Positions 49,562 through 58,931 of a DNA stretch of 64,000 bases are shown here, piece by piece. A program made the position numbers and the translations under genes. The DNA lies in assembly GCA_034530875.2 (NCBI GenBank), contig JAVRCJ020000020.1, positions 91,162 through 155,161 on the forward strand, read 5' to 3'. Position 1 is the stretch's first letter. Each line of letters starts with the position of its first letter. Under the pieces are notes generated by a model. It was not told where the DNA came from and made no database searches. It saw only the letters and a program-made list of their open reading frames with translations. The stretch comes from Nostoc sp. DedSLP01 (lineage in GTDB: Bacteria; Cyanobacteriota; Cyanobacteriia; Cyanobacteriales; Nostocaceae).

Positions 49562-49741
49562 TTAGTTATTAGTTATTAGTTATATAGGAATCCGGTTTAA
49601 TTTCTGAATTATATTAAGTCCAGTTAATCAGTGATGATTACCCATCTGTGCAAAAATCGGAAACGCCTCTTTCCCTTGGGGCGTATTATGATATGTCGAT
49701 TGTCAATTTCATAAAATACGTCTTTGGAAAATTAAATCATT

Positions 49742-49773
49742 GTAAGGTAGCACAGCTAGCTGTGCTACCTTAC
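49742..49773. repeat. GTAG-type REP-like palindrome, copy 5 (variant, perfect 32 bp)
   Basis: GTAAGGTAGCACAGCT|AGCTGTGCTACCTTAC. Confidence 0.85.
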
Positions 49774-49864
49774 CGTAGTTTATTCAACTGTAAATTGGTA
49801 TGAGTCTTTAACCGGACAAAATATCACTTGTAATTTGTTCCTTGGAAATTACCAATGAGTAAAA

Positions 49865-50845
49865 TCAAAACAAAATTGTGTAACCTTGGTTTTGGGTATC
49901 TTTTTTGGTGTAGGAAACACCATCAATCTTGAGTCCTTTGTCATCAAGCAGGGTAATGATACCGCCATTATTATCCAATTGGATGCCGTCGGCTAAAGGC
50001 ACTCTCAGCACTTCACCAGGATTAATAATGCCACTAAGCCGCTGCTTGCGTTTTAACCCATCTGCAAGTGCCCAGCCACTCAAGTCAACTTTATTGGGTG
50101 AAGTGTTAATTAAAGATACTGTCTCTTTGCCTATATCTTCTCCTAGAGGATTTACCAAAGCTGCAACAATCCGAACCGCAGCTGTTGCGGCTGCATCTAT
50201 TCTGTTGCCAGTGGTATCGTCAGTATGAAAAGACTGCGATTGGAAGGCTAGAAAGATGCCCACCCACTGATTCCGGGATGGGTAGTGAATCAACAGTCCG
50301 CCATCTTGCCAAACACCATTATCTTTTTGAAATGAACCAGCGTTACCCTGATTCATGTGGATGTCATGGATACCGTTACCAGGAAGAAAGCCAAAATACT
50401 TGTCTTCAATATCCCTTTCCGGCCCCCACTTTTCACCAAAAGGGTAGAGGACTGCTTCTGGTGAAGCGATCGCCCGCGTAATATATAATTCCAATAACTC
50501 GTTGAGGTCGTTATCCGGCCCTGGCACATTGTAGGGTAAAGGTTTCATCTGAGTCGGGTCGAATAAATTCGCCCGAATATAGTCTAAAGCAAGTCCCCCA
50601 GGTTTATTTTCCAACTCCTTAAAGCCAAAATCCAACTCCTCCAATTCTTTAGTAATGGGGTGAGAAAAATTTTCGTCTACAAAATACAGTAATTCTGACG
50701 GGCTTTGGTTTGATTTAACATTAATAGCGATGCGATGTTTTTGTTTCTCGTCTGTAAGTAGCACTTGATAATGAGGAGTGGAACCTTCACCAAGCTTACT
50801 ATCTATAGCCCGACCTTTGAGAACACCATAATTTTTTAATGGCAT
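49865..50845 (-). CDS. DUF2278 (YukJ-like) protein with C-terminal lamin-tail-like domain
   Basis: NYGVLKG, RIAINVKS, LALDYIR, GIHDIHMNQGN, WQDGGL, FQSQSFHTDD; C-terminal IVAALVNP...VDLSGW...LDNNGGIITL. Confidence 0.85.
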   Translation of the reverse strand: MPLKNYGVLKGRAIDSKLGEGSTPHYQVLLTDEKQKHRIAINVKSNQSPSELLYFVDENFSHPITKELEELDFGFKELENKPGGLALDYIRANLFDPTQMKPLPYNVPGPDNDLNELLELYITRAIASPEAVLYPFGEKWGPERDIEDKYFGFLPGNGIHDIHMNQGNAGSFQKDNGVWQDGGLLIHYPSRNQWVGIFLAFQSQSFHTDDTTGNRIDAAATAAVRIVAALVNPLGEDIGKETVSLINTSPNKVDLSGWALADGLKRKQRLSGIINPGEVLRVPLADGIQLDNNGGIITLLDDKGLKIDGVSYTKKDTQNQGYTILF

Positions 50846-51075
50846 CTATTTCTCCTAAATTTCATACTGTACAAGACGACATTTAGGCAAATACTAGCTA
50901 TTAGACATCTCAAATTTCCGCAATAATGACTGCATAATCTATTTTTAGTTGCTACAGGCAATTACAAATAGACTATGCATTGGCATTATTGACTTTTAGT
51001 ATCAATTTCTAATAGTTATTAGTACTGACTAATAACTGTTCGCTACTGAAAATATATCTGTTGGTTCTTAAGAAA

Positions 51076-51756
51076 TTATGCGGTTTGTTCTGGTTCGGTA
51101 GCTACATTTTGTCCTAGTTTTGGTTCAGTACCCGCAATTAATCGTTGGATATTACTGCGATGACGGAAAATTACATAGAATCCTCCAGCAATACCAAACA
51201 GAACGTAAGGTAAAGGTTGATGCAAAAGTAACATGAAAATAGAAACAGCGATCGCACCTGTAATTGAACTCAAAGAAACAATCCGCGATATCGCCAGAAC
51301 AACGGCAAATACACCTGCTGTTGCTAAACCTACGTGCCAATTCATTGCCAATAAAATCCCCAAACTAGTAGCAACGGATTTACCACCAGTGAACCCTAAA
51401 AAAATGGATTTACTGTGTCCAAGAATGGCAGCTAAACCAGCTAAAGTTAATAGCCACGGTTGCCACAGTTTCGCATCTACTGTTGGAGGGATATAATTTT
51501 GACTAGCGGCAAAATTGAACAACCAATAAACAAGAGCGATCGCTAATACTCCCTTCAAGGCATCAAGAACTAAAACGAATGCTCCTGGCCCCTTGCCTAA
51601 AGTTCTGAGTACATTTGTTGCCCCAGTGGAACCCGAACCAACTTCTCGAATATCGATACCTTTTAACTGTTTGACAGCAATATACCCGGTGGGGAAGGAA
51701 CCCAACAGGTAAGCAACAAATACAATTACCCCGCACAGAGTTAACCAGATAGCCAT
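51076..51756 (-). CDS. plsY: Glycerol-3-phosphate acyltransferase PlsY
   Basis: YLLGSFP, DIREVGSGSTGATNVLR, DALKG, GGKSVAT, HRSNIQRL..GTE. Confidence 0.95.
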   Translation of the reverse strand: MAIWLTLCGVIVFVAYLLGSFPTGYIAVKQLKGIDIREVGSGSTGATNVLRTLGKGPGAFVLVLDALKGVLAIALVYWLFNFAASQNYIPPTVDAKLWQPWLLTLAGLAAILGHSKSIFLGFTGGKSVATSLGILLAMNWHVGLATAGVFAVVLAISRIVSLSSITGAIAVSIFMLLLHQPLPYVLFGIAGGFYVIFRHRSNIQRLIAGTEPKLGQNVATEPEQTA

Positions 51757-51762
51757 AACAAC

Positions 51763-51808
51763 AATTCAAAATTCAAAAATCAAAATTCAAAAATAAAATT
51801 CAAAAATC
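51763..51808. repeat. STRR heptamer tract (AATTCAA type)
   Basis: AATTCAA AATTCAA AAATCAA AATTCAA AAATAA AATTCAA. Confidence 0.8.
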
Positions 51809-51940
51809 CAGAGAAAACTCGATACAATTTCTTTTCTTTTTGAAGATGCCCTCAGAGGAATTACACAAAACTGCACGCTAGAGAGGCAATTCATCAATTG
51901 CCCCTACGTTAATAAAGTACAGGCTCACATAGAATTGGTA

Positions 51941-51975
51941 TGACCAATGACTAATGACTAATGACTAATGACTAA
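51941..51975. repeat. STRR heptamer tract (TGACTAA type, 5 units)
   Basis: TGACCAA followed by TGACTAA x4. Confidence 0.9.
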
Positions 51976-51976
51976 A

Positions 51977-53251
51977 TTAAAAGTCATCATCATAGTTTCT
52001 CACTGTTTTGGGGTCGGGGGCAAAGGCCAACCATAGAGGAAATTGCAGCAGGGACAAACTGATTTGATCTTCTGAATCATCAATAATAATCAAGGGCAGT
52101 TGATTGGCTTTTACCAATCGGTCTGCTTTTTGGGCAACAGCTTCAGGTGCTTCAAATAATACAACGCCTCGGTCAGGGCCGAAATCTGGGCGACCGATTC
52201 CCAGGCAATCTTGCAAGCCGCGACGCCATTCACCCAATCGCTCTGGTGTATTAGCTAATACTAAAGTCCTAACTCGATCGCCATACAGCTTGTGTAATAT
52301 CGAAATTGCAGCTGAGGCAATCAAAATATTTTGCAAACGGCTACCCATTGTCCGCAAAGCACCGCGCCCTCCTTGGCTGAAAAACCAGTTAGAAACTCGT
52401 TCGGCATGGACTGGTTCAAAAGTGCGGCGCAATTGCCAAGCCGGGCCATAGTAATCTGGCTTATTGCGGTATTGGTCAATTAAACGGCGAATTTGCTTTG
52501 TAGTATCTTGAAACTGTTGTTGGGCAAATTGTGGTATTCCCGGCTGGGGTTCAACTGGTTTGGCTTCTTTAACATCTGCGGGTTTTTCCCTTTCGATTAC
52601 AGTTGGCGTCAGTTGTAACTGTTCGGCAGCAGCAGCCAAATCTTGTAAGCTACCGGTGAGATAGTCTTTAAAACCCTGTACTCGAATTGCCAAATCTTGG
52701 GATGCTCCTGCAAAAGTAGTCCGCATTTCGTTGCGGATGCGTTCTTGACGGCGTTCTAGCTGTTCTATAGAAATTTGCAGGGCTTGTTTGCGTTGTTCCA
52801 ACTGCACCAGTGACTCTTGTACGAGTCGTCCCAGAGATGTTTGAGTTTCACTCAATTGTGCCTGAAGGATTTTATAAGAAGCTTGCAGGTTAGCTATTTC
52901 TTCCTTAAGGGCTGCTTCGGTGCTTTGCAACTCTGCTACTCGCTGTTGTGCTGTAGCGTATAGTAAATTATTTTGTGATTCCGGACTGTCTGACCCCAGT
53001 GCAGCAGTTTCTGGTTCCAACTGCGCCACAAACTCGCCATTTGAATTTTCTGTTGGTTGTATCGTAGAATCTACCTCTGGTGTATTGGAGATAGTTGACT
53101 TAGTTGCGTCGTCTTGTGATGAGGTTATGGCTGTCGTTTCTACCACAGAATCAACAGATGGATTTTCTGGATGTTCAACTCCATTGGCTGGTTCTTCTTG
53201 TGCTAACCATTCATCACTTGGTTCTGGGGTTTGAGATGCCTCTAGGTTCAT
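51977..53251 (-). CDS. DUF3086 domain-containing protein
   Basis: Acidic N-terminus, coiled coil, PDYYGPAWQLRRTFE, LGEWRRGLQDCLGI; lies in the mlaE-DUF3119-DUF3086-plsY run. Confidence 0.85.
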   Translation of the reverse strand: MNLEASQTPEPSDEWLAQEEPANGVEHPENPSVDSVVETTAITSSQDDATKSTISNTPEVDSTIQPTENSNGEFVAQLEPETAALGSDSPESQNNLLYATAQQRVAELQSTEAALKEEIANLQASYKILQAQLSETQTSLGRLVQESLVQLEQRKQALQISIEQLERRQERIRNEMRTTFAGASQDLAIRVQGFKDYLTGSLQDLAAAAEQLQLTPTVIEREKPADVKEAKPVEPQPGIPQFAQQQFQDTTKQIRRLIDQYRNKPDYYGPAWQLRRTFEPVHAERVSNWFFSQGGRGALRTMGSRLQNILIASAAISILHKLYGDRVRTLVLANTPERLGEWRRGLQDCLGIGRPDFGPDRGVVLFEAPEAVAQKADRLVKANQLPLIIIDDSEDQISLSLLQFPLWLAFAPDPKTVRNYDDDF

Positions 53252-53446
53252 AAACAATAGTGTAATTCCTAACGATCCAAATAAATAGCTTTCAGAAATA
53301 TTACAATTAACAACCTTTCAAAGTCCTAAATTTAGAGGAGTAGTGAATTTTGGATTTTGATTATAGATTACAACTACTCATCATTTAGGGAAAAGTTTGA
53401 ACGGCAGCTTTTACCGTTCAAATCTTCGCTGACTCATTACTCAGCA

Positions 53447-53833
53447 CTAAGTATGCGGACAACGTTCTTCCAAGCAAGTTTTCAAGGTAATGGGGTCAAA
53501 TAAAATCGGCAAAAAGTGAATGCTTTTAATTTCTTTAAAATAAAACAGTATGGGGACTCTATTCCAGAAGATACGCCAATTTTGCCATTCCTGATAAGGA
53601 AAACGTCGAATCAATTTTTCGCCTCTGTAAATATCTAAGTCAGTGGCAGTAAATTGCAAACGCAGTGTAAACGCCTGAAACATGAGAAATAGACCAAAAA
53701 GTATTACAGCATAGCCTATCCACGCTTGTAGCAATATTAGGGGAATAGCAGCAATTACCAGCACCACGGGTATATTGTAACTAGGCTTGAGTTCCACAGT
53801 TGCAGTGGAGTTAGGGGCAAATGAACTGCTCAC
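53447..53833 (-). CDS. DUF3119 family protein
   Basis: Two TM helices then IRRFPYQEWQNWRIFW..PILFYFKEIKSIHFLPILFD. Confidence 0.85.
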   Translation of the reverse strand: MSSSFAPNSTATVELKPSYNIPVVLVIAAIPLILLQAWIGYAVILFGLFLMFQAFTLRLQFTATDLDIYRGEKLIRRFPYQEWQNWRIFWNRVPILFYFKEIKSIHFLPILFDPITLKTCLEERCPHT

Positions 53834-54032
53834 AGTCTTAAATCCTGCTTTGTTATAGATATCTCCCTTATTTTAGGAGTGAGGAGTCAGGTGTTAGAAG
53901 TTAGAAGCTAGTAGTTTTAACTCATAACTCTGAGAGTCGAATGCTACTAGGATAAGTCTAAACCTTTGATATTACTGGCTTTTGAGTGTAGGGTGTCAGG
54001 AAACAAGAAAAGATTTTTTCGTGCCATTCCTC

Positions 54033-54830
54033 TTAGAGTCCTTGCAGAAATGCACTGCCAGTACCTTGAAACATCAGCCAAGAAAGAAAGAAGTTACTCA
54101 CAAAAATAATTAGCAAAGCAGTGACAACAGCAGTTGTGGTTGACTGTCCTACACCTTTGGCTCCTCCTGTTGTTGTCAAGCCCCAACTGCAACCAATTAC
54201 AGCAATGAGAATACCAAAGCAGCAGGCTTTAATCATGGCGCTAAAAATATCCCAAACACCAAGAAAGTCACGGGCTGAGTCTAGAAAGACAGTATCAGAT
54301 AGGTTGTAAATATTTGTCGCAATGATGAATCCTCCTAACATTCCTGTGACCAGAGACAGGAGGGTTAAAATTGGCAGCATCAAAAAACAAGCAAGAACGC
54401 GGGGGATAACTAGGTAATCGATTGGGTCTGTTCTTAGCATCAACATAGCATCGATTTGTTCTGTTACCCGCATGGTACCGATTTCTGCTGCAAAGGCAGA
54501 ACCGACTCGCCCAGCCAAAATCACTGCTGTTAAGACGGGAGAGAGTTCTCGCGTCAATGCTAAAGAAAGTACTCCACCGATAATGTTTCCCGCACCAAAA
54601 TTGATAAATTCTCGTGCCACTTGAATGGTAAACACTGCGCCCACGAAAATAGCGGTCAATAGAGCAATAAATAGCGAATCTGGCCCAACTGCTGCCATTT
54701 GCTCTAAGGTGTTCCGCCGATGAATTTTGCCCCTCAATAGGTGAACTAGTACTTGCCCACCCAGAAAAATCGCTGCCAGCAAACGCTGACTCCATTCTCC
54801 TAAACTGGATTTGGATGTAGTCTGGTTCAA
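54033..54830 (-). CDS. mlaE: MlaE/TGD1 family lipid ABC transporter permease
   Basis: RELSPVLTAVILAGRVGSAFAAEIGTMRVTEQIDA, GGAKGVGQSTT. Confidence 0.92.
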   Translation of the reverse strand: MNQTTSKSSLGEWSQRLLAAIFLGGQVLVHLLRGKIHRRNTLEQMAAVGPDSLFIALLTAIFVGAVFTIQVAREFINFGAGNIIGGVLSLALTRELSPVLTAVILAGRVGSAFAAEIGTMRVTEQIDAMLMLRTDPIDYLVIPRVLACFLMLPILTLLSLVTGMLGGFIIATNIYNLSDTVFLDSARDFLGVWDIFSAMIKACCFGILIAVIGCSWGLTTTGGAKGVGQSTTTAVVTALLIIFVSNFFLSWLMFQGTGSAFLQGL

Positions 54831-55335
54831 TGTTTTGTAGCTAACTCGGTAACTGCCTTAAGAATAGCGGAAGTCATGGGAAATGGGGAATGGGCAGTGG
54901 GAAGACAAGGGGACAAGGAGAATTGCGTTGAGAAGGCAGCTATGTTGGAGAGAATTCTGCCTCCAACATAGCTGCCCTCTGCCTTTCTTCGATAATCTTT
55001 CTCCTGTGGCCTTTTGCCTCTCATCTCACCACTCGTTAAATAGGACTAAACATTAACTTAGTTTAAAGATGTTCTCAGAAAATAAAGCTGTTATTAACAG
55101 TGTTGGTAAGCTATAAATAGGAGCTAAATTTGGCTAGAAGTTTTATTGGACAAGAGCTTTGGAGATTTAAATAATTTTTAACATAGCCAGCATGTAGTGT
55201 AACTTGTTGCGGTTTATTTTAATTAAAACTTAAGATTTTTGACAGTTTGCCTGCTCGGAAGCGATCGCACGTATTGTAGAAAATGACAAACCGCTATCTA
55301 GCCATTGTCATCTTCAATCACGGAGTTTGTGTTCA

Positions 55336-55632
55336 ATGACCATTTTCACTAACTTTGTTCGCTCCCTGTTACTGGCTATCGTTTTTAGTTTTGTTGCTCC
55401 TATGTTACTGGTGGGTGGAGCATTGCTGTTTTTATTCCTGATCGGTTGCTTTCCTGGCTTACAAGAGTTAAGCGAGGCGATCGCTACTCAAATCCTCCAT
55501 TTTCTCGCCACCTTTGGTAGTGGAACCCCCCTACGGGGATTATTTGTCATTAGTTTGACCTGTAGCTTTGTCGGGACACTGTTTGATATTTATGTTTGTT
55601 ATCGATACCAAATTTTACGCAGCGATTCTTAA
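55336..55632 (+). CDS. Hypothetical membrane protein
   Basis: About 98-aa ORF with hydrophobic segments (FSFVAP, FLATFGSG, LFDIY); ATG at 55336 after GGAG. Confidence 0.7.
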   Translation: MTIFTNFVRSLLLAIVFSFVAPMLLVGGALLFLFLIGCFPGLQELSEAIATQILHFLATFGSGTPLRGLFVISLTCSFVGTLFDIYVCYRYQILRSDS

Positions 55633-56269
55633 AGAGTGAAAAGAGCTTTGCTCAGATGGTCTTGAGTTGTACAAAACAAAAAAGTTATATTTCTCTAACA
55701 GAAAGTACTTCCGAATTTGAAGTTCGAGAGGGATTAGTACTTATGAACGAATTTTTTAATCATTAAAGTAAGTACACCCACATAATTAAATGTAAAATCC
55801 AAAGGAGCGAAATCTTTTACTATTGAGGGTTTTACCTTCTGCCCTCTGCCTCCTGCCTCCTGCCTTCTACTTATCAGAATTATTGATTAAATAGTTAATG
55901 AGTTATTAGTTATTAATTACTAACAACTAGTGCACGCGTGCGCCTGTAGCAAAAAGATTCTTAAAAAGATAAAAATCATAGAACAGCAAAGACTTGGCAA
56001 TTTTAAATCCTGCAAACCGATAAAAATAGTCTTTCTAAATCATCACATTGGACGCTAAACTAGATTTTGGTATTTTCCATTAGCCACAATCTTCAATAAT
56101 TTGATTAGCAGCCACCAAAAATATTACATAGAACTCTATGTAAAATATAAAAAATTTCTTAAAATTCTGGTGCAAATAAAGCCGGCTCATGTTTCTTAAC
56201 AGAACAAAGCAGGTCGTTTGAGTGCTGAACATCTTATATTAAATTTATTACGAGGTATGTTGATAACTC

Positions 56270-57091
56270 ATGATTTGGCCGTTTAAGCCCAAGTTTAGGA
56301 AACAAATTGCGCGAATTGAAATTACTGGTGCGATCGCGGGTGCGACTCGCAAACGCGTTCTAGAAGCCCTGAAAACTGTAGAAGAAAAAAAATTTCCGGC
56401 TTTATTACTGCGTATTGATAGCCCAGGCGGTACAGTCGGAGATTCCCAAGAAATCTACAGTGCCCTCAAACGTTTGCGCGAAAAAATTAAAATCGTCGCC
56501 AGCTTTGGCAATATTTCGGCTTCTGGAGGTGTTTACATCGGTATGGGAGCCGAACACATCATTGCGAACCCAGGGACAATCACGGGTAGTATTGGTGTGA
56601 TTCTGCGTGGTAATAACTTAGAACGCTTGCTAGAAAAAATTGGCGTTTCTTTTAAGGTAATTAAGTCTGGCCCTTACAAAGACATTTTGGCTTTTGACCG
56701 AGAACTGACCGAACCAGAAGCGAACATTCTCCAAGAATTGATTGATACAAGTTATCAACAGTTCGTACAAACGGTAGCTGAAGCTCGTTCTTTGGCGGCA
56801 GAAACTGTGAGAAGTTTTGCTGATGGACGGATTTTTACCGGACAGCAAGCCCTAGAATTAGGTATTGTAGACCGTTTGGGCACAGAAGAAGATGCCCGTC
56901 GTTGGACAGCAGAACTAGTCGGTCTCGACCCGGAAAAAACTCTCTGTTATACCTTAGAAGAACGTAAACCCTTATTGAGCCGTCTTTTACCAGGGAATAG
57001 TCAGGTTTCATCACCAATTAGATCTGGAATTGATTGGCTCGAATTTGAAATGTCTACTAGCGGTTTACCCTTGTGGTTGTATCGACCCTAA
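56270..57091 (+). CDS. sppA: Signal peptide peptidase SppA (S49)
   Basis: RIDSPGG, ASGGVYI, TITGSIGVI, KSGPYKD, DGRIFTGQQA. Confidence 0.94.
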   Translation: MIWPFKPKFRKQIARIEITGAIAGATRKRVLEALKTVEEKKFPALLLRIDSPGGTVGDSQEIYSALKRLREKIKIVASFGNISASGGVYIGMGAEHIIANPGTITGSIGVILRGNNLERLLEKIGVSFKVIKSGPYKDILAFDRELTEPEANILQELIDTSYQQFVQTVAEARSLAAETVRSFADGRIFTGQQALELGIVDRLGTEEDARRWTAELVGLDPEKTLCYTLEERKPLLSRLLPGNSQVSSPIRSGIDWLEFEMSTSGLPLWLYRP

Positions 57092-57193
57092 CATCAGTTA
57101 GAAGTTAAGAGTGAAAAGTTGAGAGTTTTAACTCTTAACTTCTACCTCCTAACTCCTAACTCATAACTTTTATGTTTTAAGGAGGATTTTGGC

Positions 57194-57607
57194 GTGGAGT
57201 GGCAAATGCGAGCTATTCGCGGGGCAACAACAGTTAGTGAAAATACTATTGAGGCAATGCGAGAGGTAGTCACAGAACTACTAGATGAACTAGAAAACCG
57301 GAATCAATTCCAACCAACAGATATTATTAGCGTAACTTTCTCTGTAACGCGGGATTTAGATGCTATTTTTCCAGCTGCGATCGCTAGATCCCGTCCAGGC
57401 TGGGATAATGTGGCAATGTTAGATGTCCAACAAATGCATGTAGAAGGCAGTTTACAGCGTTGTATCCGCTTCTTAATCCACGCTTACCTGCCAGTTTCCG
57501 CCCCAATTCATCATATTTATTTACGTAACGCCGCTAGTTTGCGTCCTGACTGGAGTTTGCCACAGTCTTTACAAACTTCACAGCCAGCAGTTAAGTCAAA
57601 AGTCTAA
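57194..57607 (+). CDS. aroH: Chorismate mutase, AroH class
   Basis: RAIRGATT, FSVTRDLDAIFPA, GSLQRCIR, LRPD; GGAGG RBS before the GTG. Confidence 0.94.
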   Translation: MEWQMRAIRGATTVSENTIEAMREVVTELLDELENRNQFQPTDIISVTFSVTRDLDAIFPAAIARSRPGWDNVAMLDVQQMHVEGSLQRCIRFLIHAYLPVSAPIHHIYLRNAASLRPDWSLPQSLQTSQPAVKSKV

Positions 57608-57756
57608 GTTATCGAGAAAAATTACACTGCTAATGGGGCTGCTGAAAGTACTTCCCATCGGTGGCTAAATATTATTTAGCTTATCCTAGCGATCTAAAAT
57701 GCTCGGTAAAGCGATCGCACTCCAAATTTAATATTGAGTGATTCAGGTAATTGCTA

Positions 57757-58272
57757 ATGATTGTCCCATTCTACTTAGGGGAGCGACCAGACTCAGAAGG
57801 TCGGACAATTGCCGAAATATGGGCTTGGGATTTTGAAAAATTGGAGTACGTCCACAATTACATTCAGTGGTTGTTTCCTTTACCTGAGCCAAGCGCATTT
57901 AATTCTAATGCTCCTACTCTTGATAAAGAAGTAATTCAATCGTTTCATAGCAACCCACGTCTACGTCAAAAGTTGTTGCATTCTTTCACACTCATGCTAG
58001 GGTTTTATGGATTACAACGCCAGCAAAGTGAAGACGGAAAGATAACTATCAGCAAGTCAGAAGACTATCCAAACCGTAAACGCGAATGGGTCTGTATATT
58101 TAACCATAATTATCTTCGCATCACTCGGATTTTAAAATGCTTGATGGCTTTGGGATTGGAGAATGAAGCTCAAGCGTTTTATGAGTGTTTGCGGCAAATT
58201 TACCATGAGAATAGCAATCAAATTGGAGCTAAAACATTTCAGTATTGGACAATGGCAGTAAACGGAATGTAA
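57757..58272 (+). CDS. Opioid growth factor receptor (OGFr_N) domain protein
   Basis: LEYVHNYIQWLFPL, MLGFYG, NHNYLRITRILKCL and TFQYW motifs of the OGFr conserved region. Confidence 0.82.
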   Translation: MIVPFYLGERPDSEGRTIAEIWAWDFEKLEYVHNYIQWLFPLPEPSAFNSNAPTLDKEVIQSFHSNPRLRQKLLHSFTLMLGFYGLQRQQSEDGKITISKSEDYPNRKREWVCIFNHNYLRITRILKCLMALGLENEAQAFYECLRQIYHENSNQIGAKTFQYWTMAVNGM

Positions 58273-58370
58273 CAATGTAATAATTCGGTTGAATGCTTAA
58301 AATATTGAGTTAAACGGCATTTCGCTAAATCAAGCAAAAAAGTAAAATGGTTCTGTGATAGGAAATTAAT

Positions 58371-58547
58371 ATGGAGCCAACAGCAGAACAACTTAAAGCA
58401 TTCTTTGATTTCTGTGTCAGGGCAAGCGAATTGCTACAGACAATTGAACTAACCAGATACGATAAGAGAAACAATCGAATAGCTATATTAGTAGGTCAAA
58501 CAATCGAAGTAGAAATTCTTAGTAGTGGCGAGGTATTGATTAGATGA
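58371..58547 (+). CDS. Small DUF6888-like protein (58 aa; not in ORF track)
   Basis: Hand translation MEPTAEQLKAFFDFCVRASELLQTIELTRYDKRNNRIAILVGQTIEVEILSSGEVLIR; AGGA RBS; stop overlaps the next ATG. Family assigned from recalled motif pattern. Confidence 0.7.
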   Translation: MEPTAEQLKAFFDFCVRASELLQTIELTRYDKRNNRIAILVGQTIEVEILSSGEVLIR

Positions 58548-58723
58548 GCGATTATTTGAGTCTTTCCTATCAAGAATTGAAAGAATACATCAAAACTCAT
58601 CCCCAGGATGAAGAAGCCTTTCAATATTTTTTAAATGAAATGAGAAAAAAACCAGGTGTGGTAGTAAGCACAAGCGAACAAGTAAAATCCGAACTAAAAA
58701 AACGGTTGGGAATAAGTGATTAA
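58544..58723 (+). CDS. Small DUF6887-like protein (59 aa; not in ORF track)
   Basis: Hand translation MSDYLSLSYQELKEYIKTHPQDEEAFQYFLNEMRKKPGVVVSTSEQVKSELKKRLGISD; ELxxYxxxHxxDxEAF pattern; ATGA coupling to the upstream gene. Confidence 0.7.
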   Translation: MSDYLSLSYQELKEYIKTHPQDEEAFQYFLNEMRKKPGVVVSTSEQVKSELKKRLGISD

Positions 58724-58889
58724 GTTTTTTAATTCTTCTTACATCGTTATCAATATTTAGAGAGTGTCTTATGAAAATCAATAAATTGGACGACGATTTT
58801 TATAATGAAACTTCCATTGATACCAAGTGTTCGTAGTGTCCTAGCTACAATCACCCTTGGTGCAGTTGTTGAAATCGGTAATTTTTGAG

Positions 58890-58917
58890 GCGTTGGCGCA
58901 GCCGCCGTAGGCATCGC
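58890..58917. repeat. SDR5-like 20-nt element inserted in a HIP1 octamer
   Basis: GCG[TTGGCGCAGCCGCCGTAGGC]ATCGC; removing the insert restores GCGATCGC. Confidence 0.75.
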
Positions 58918-58931
58918 TTCATCTGACAAAT

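Noticed and set aside
58590..58781. 63-aa minus-strand ORF from the track
   Set aside because: It is antisense to the better-supported coupled plus-strand pair at 58371-58723.
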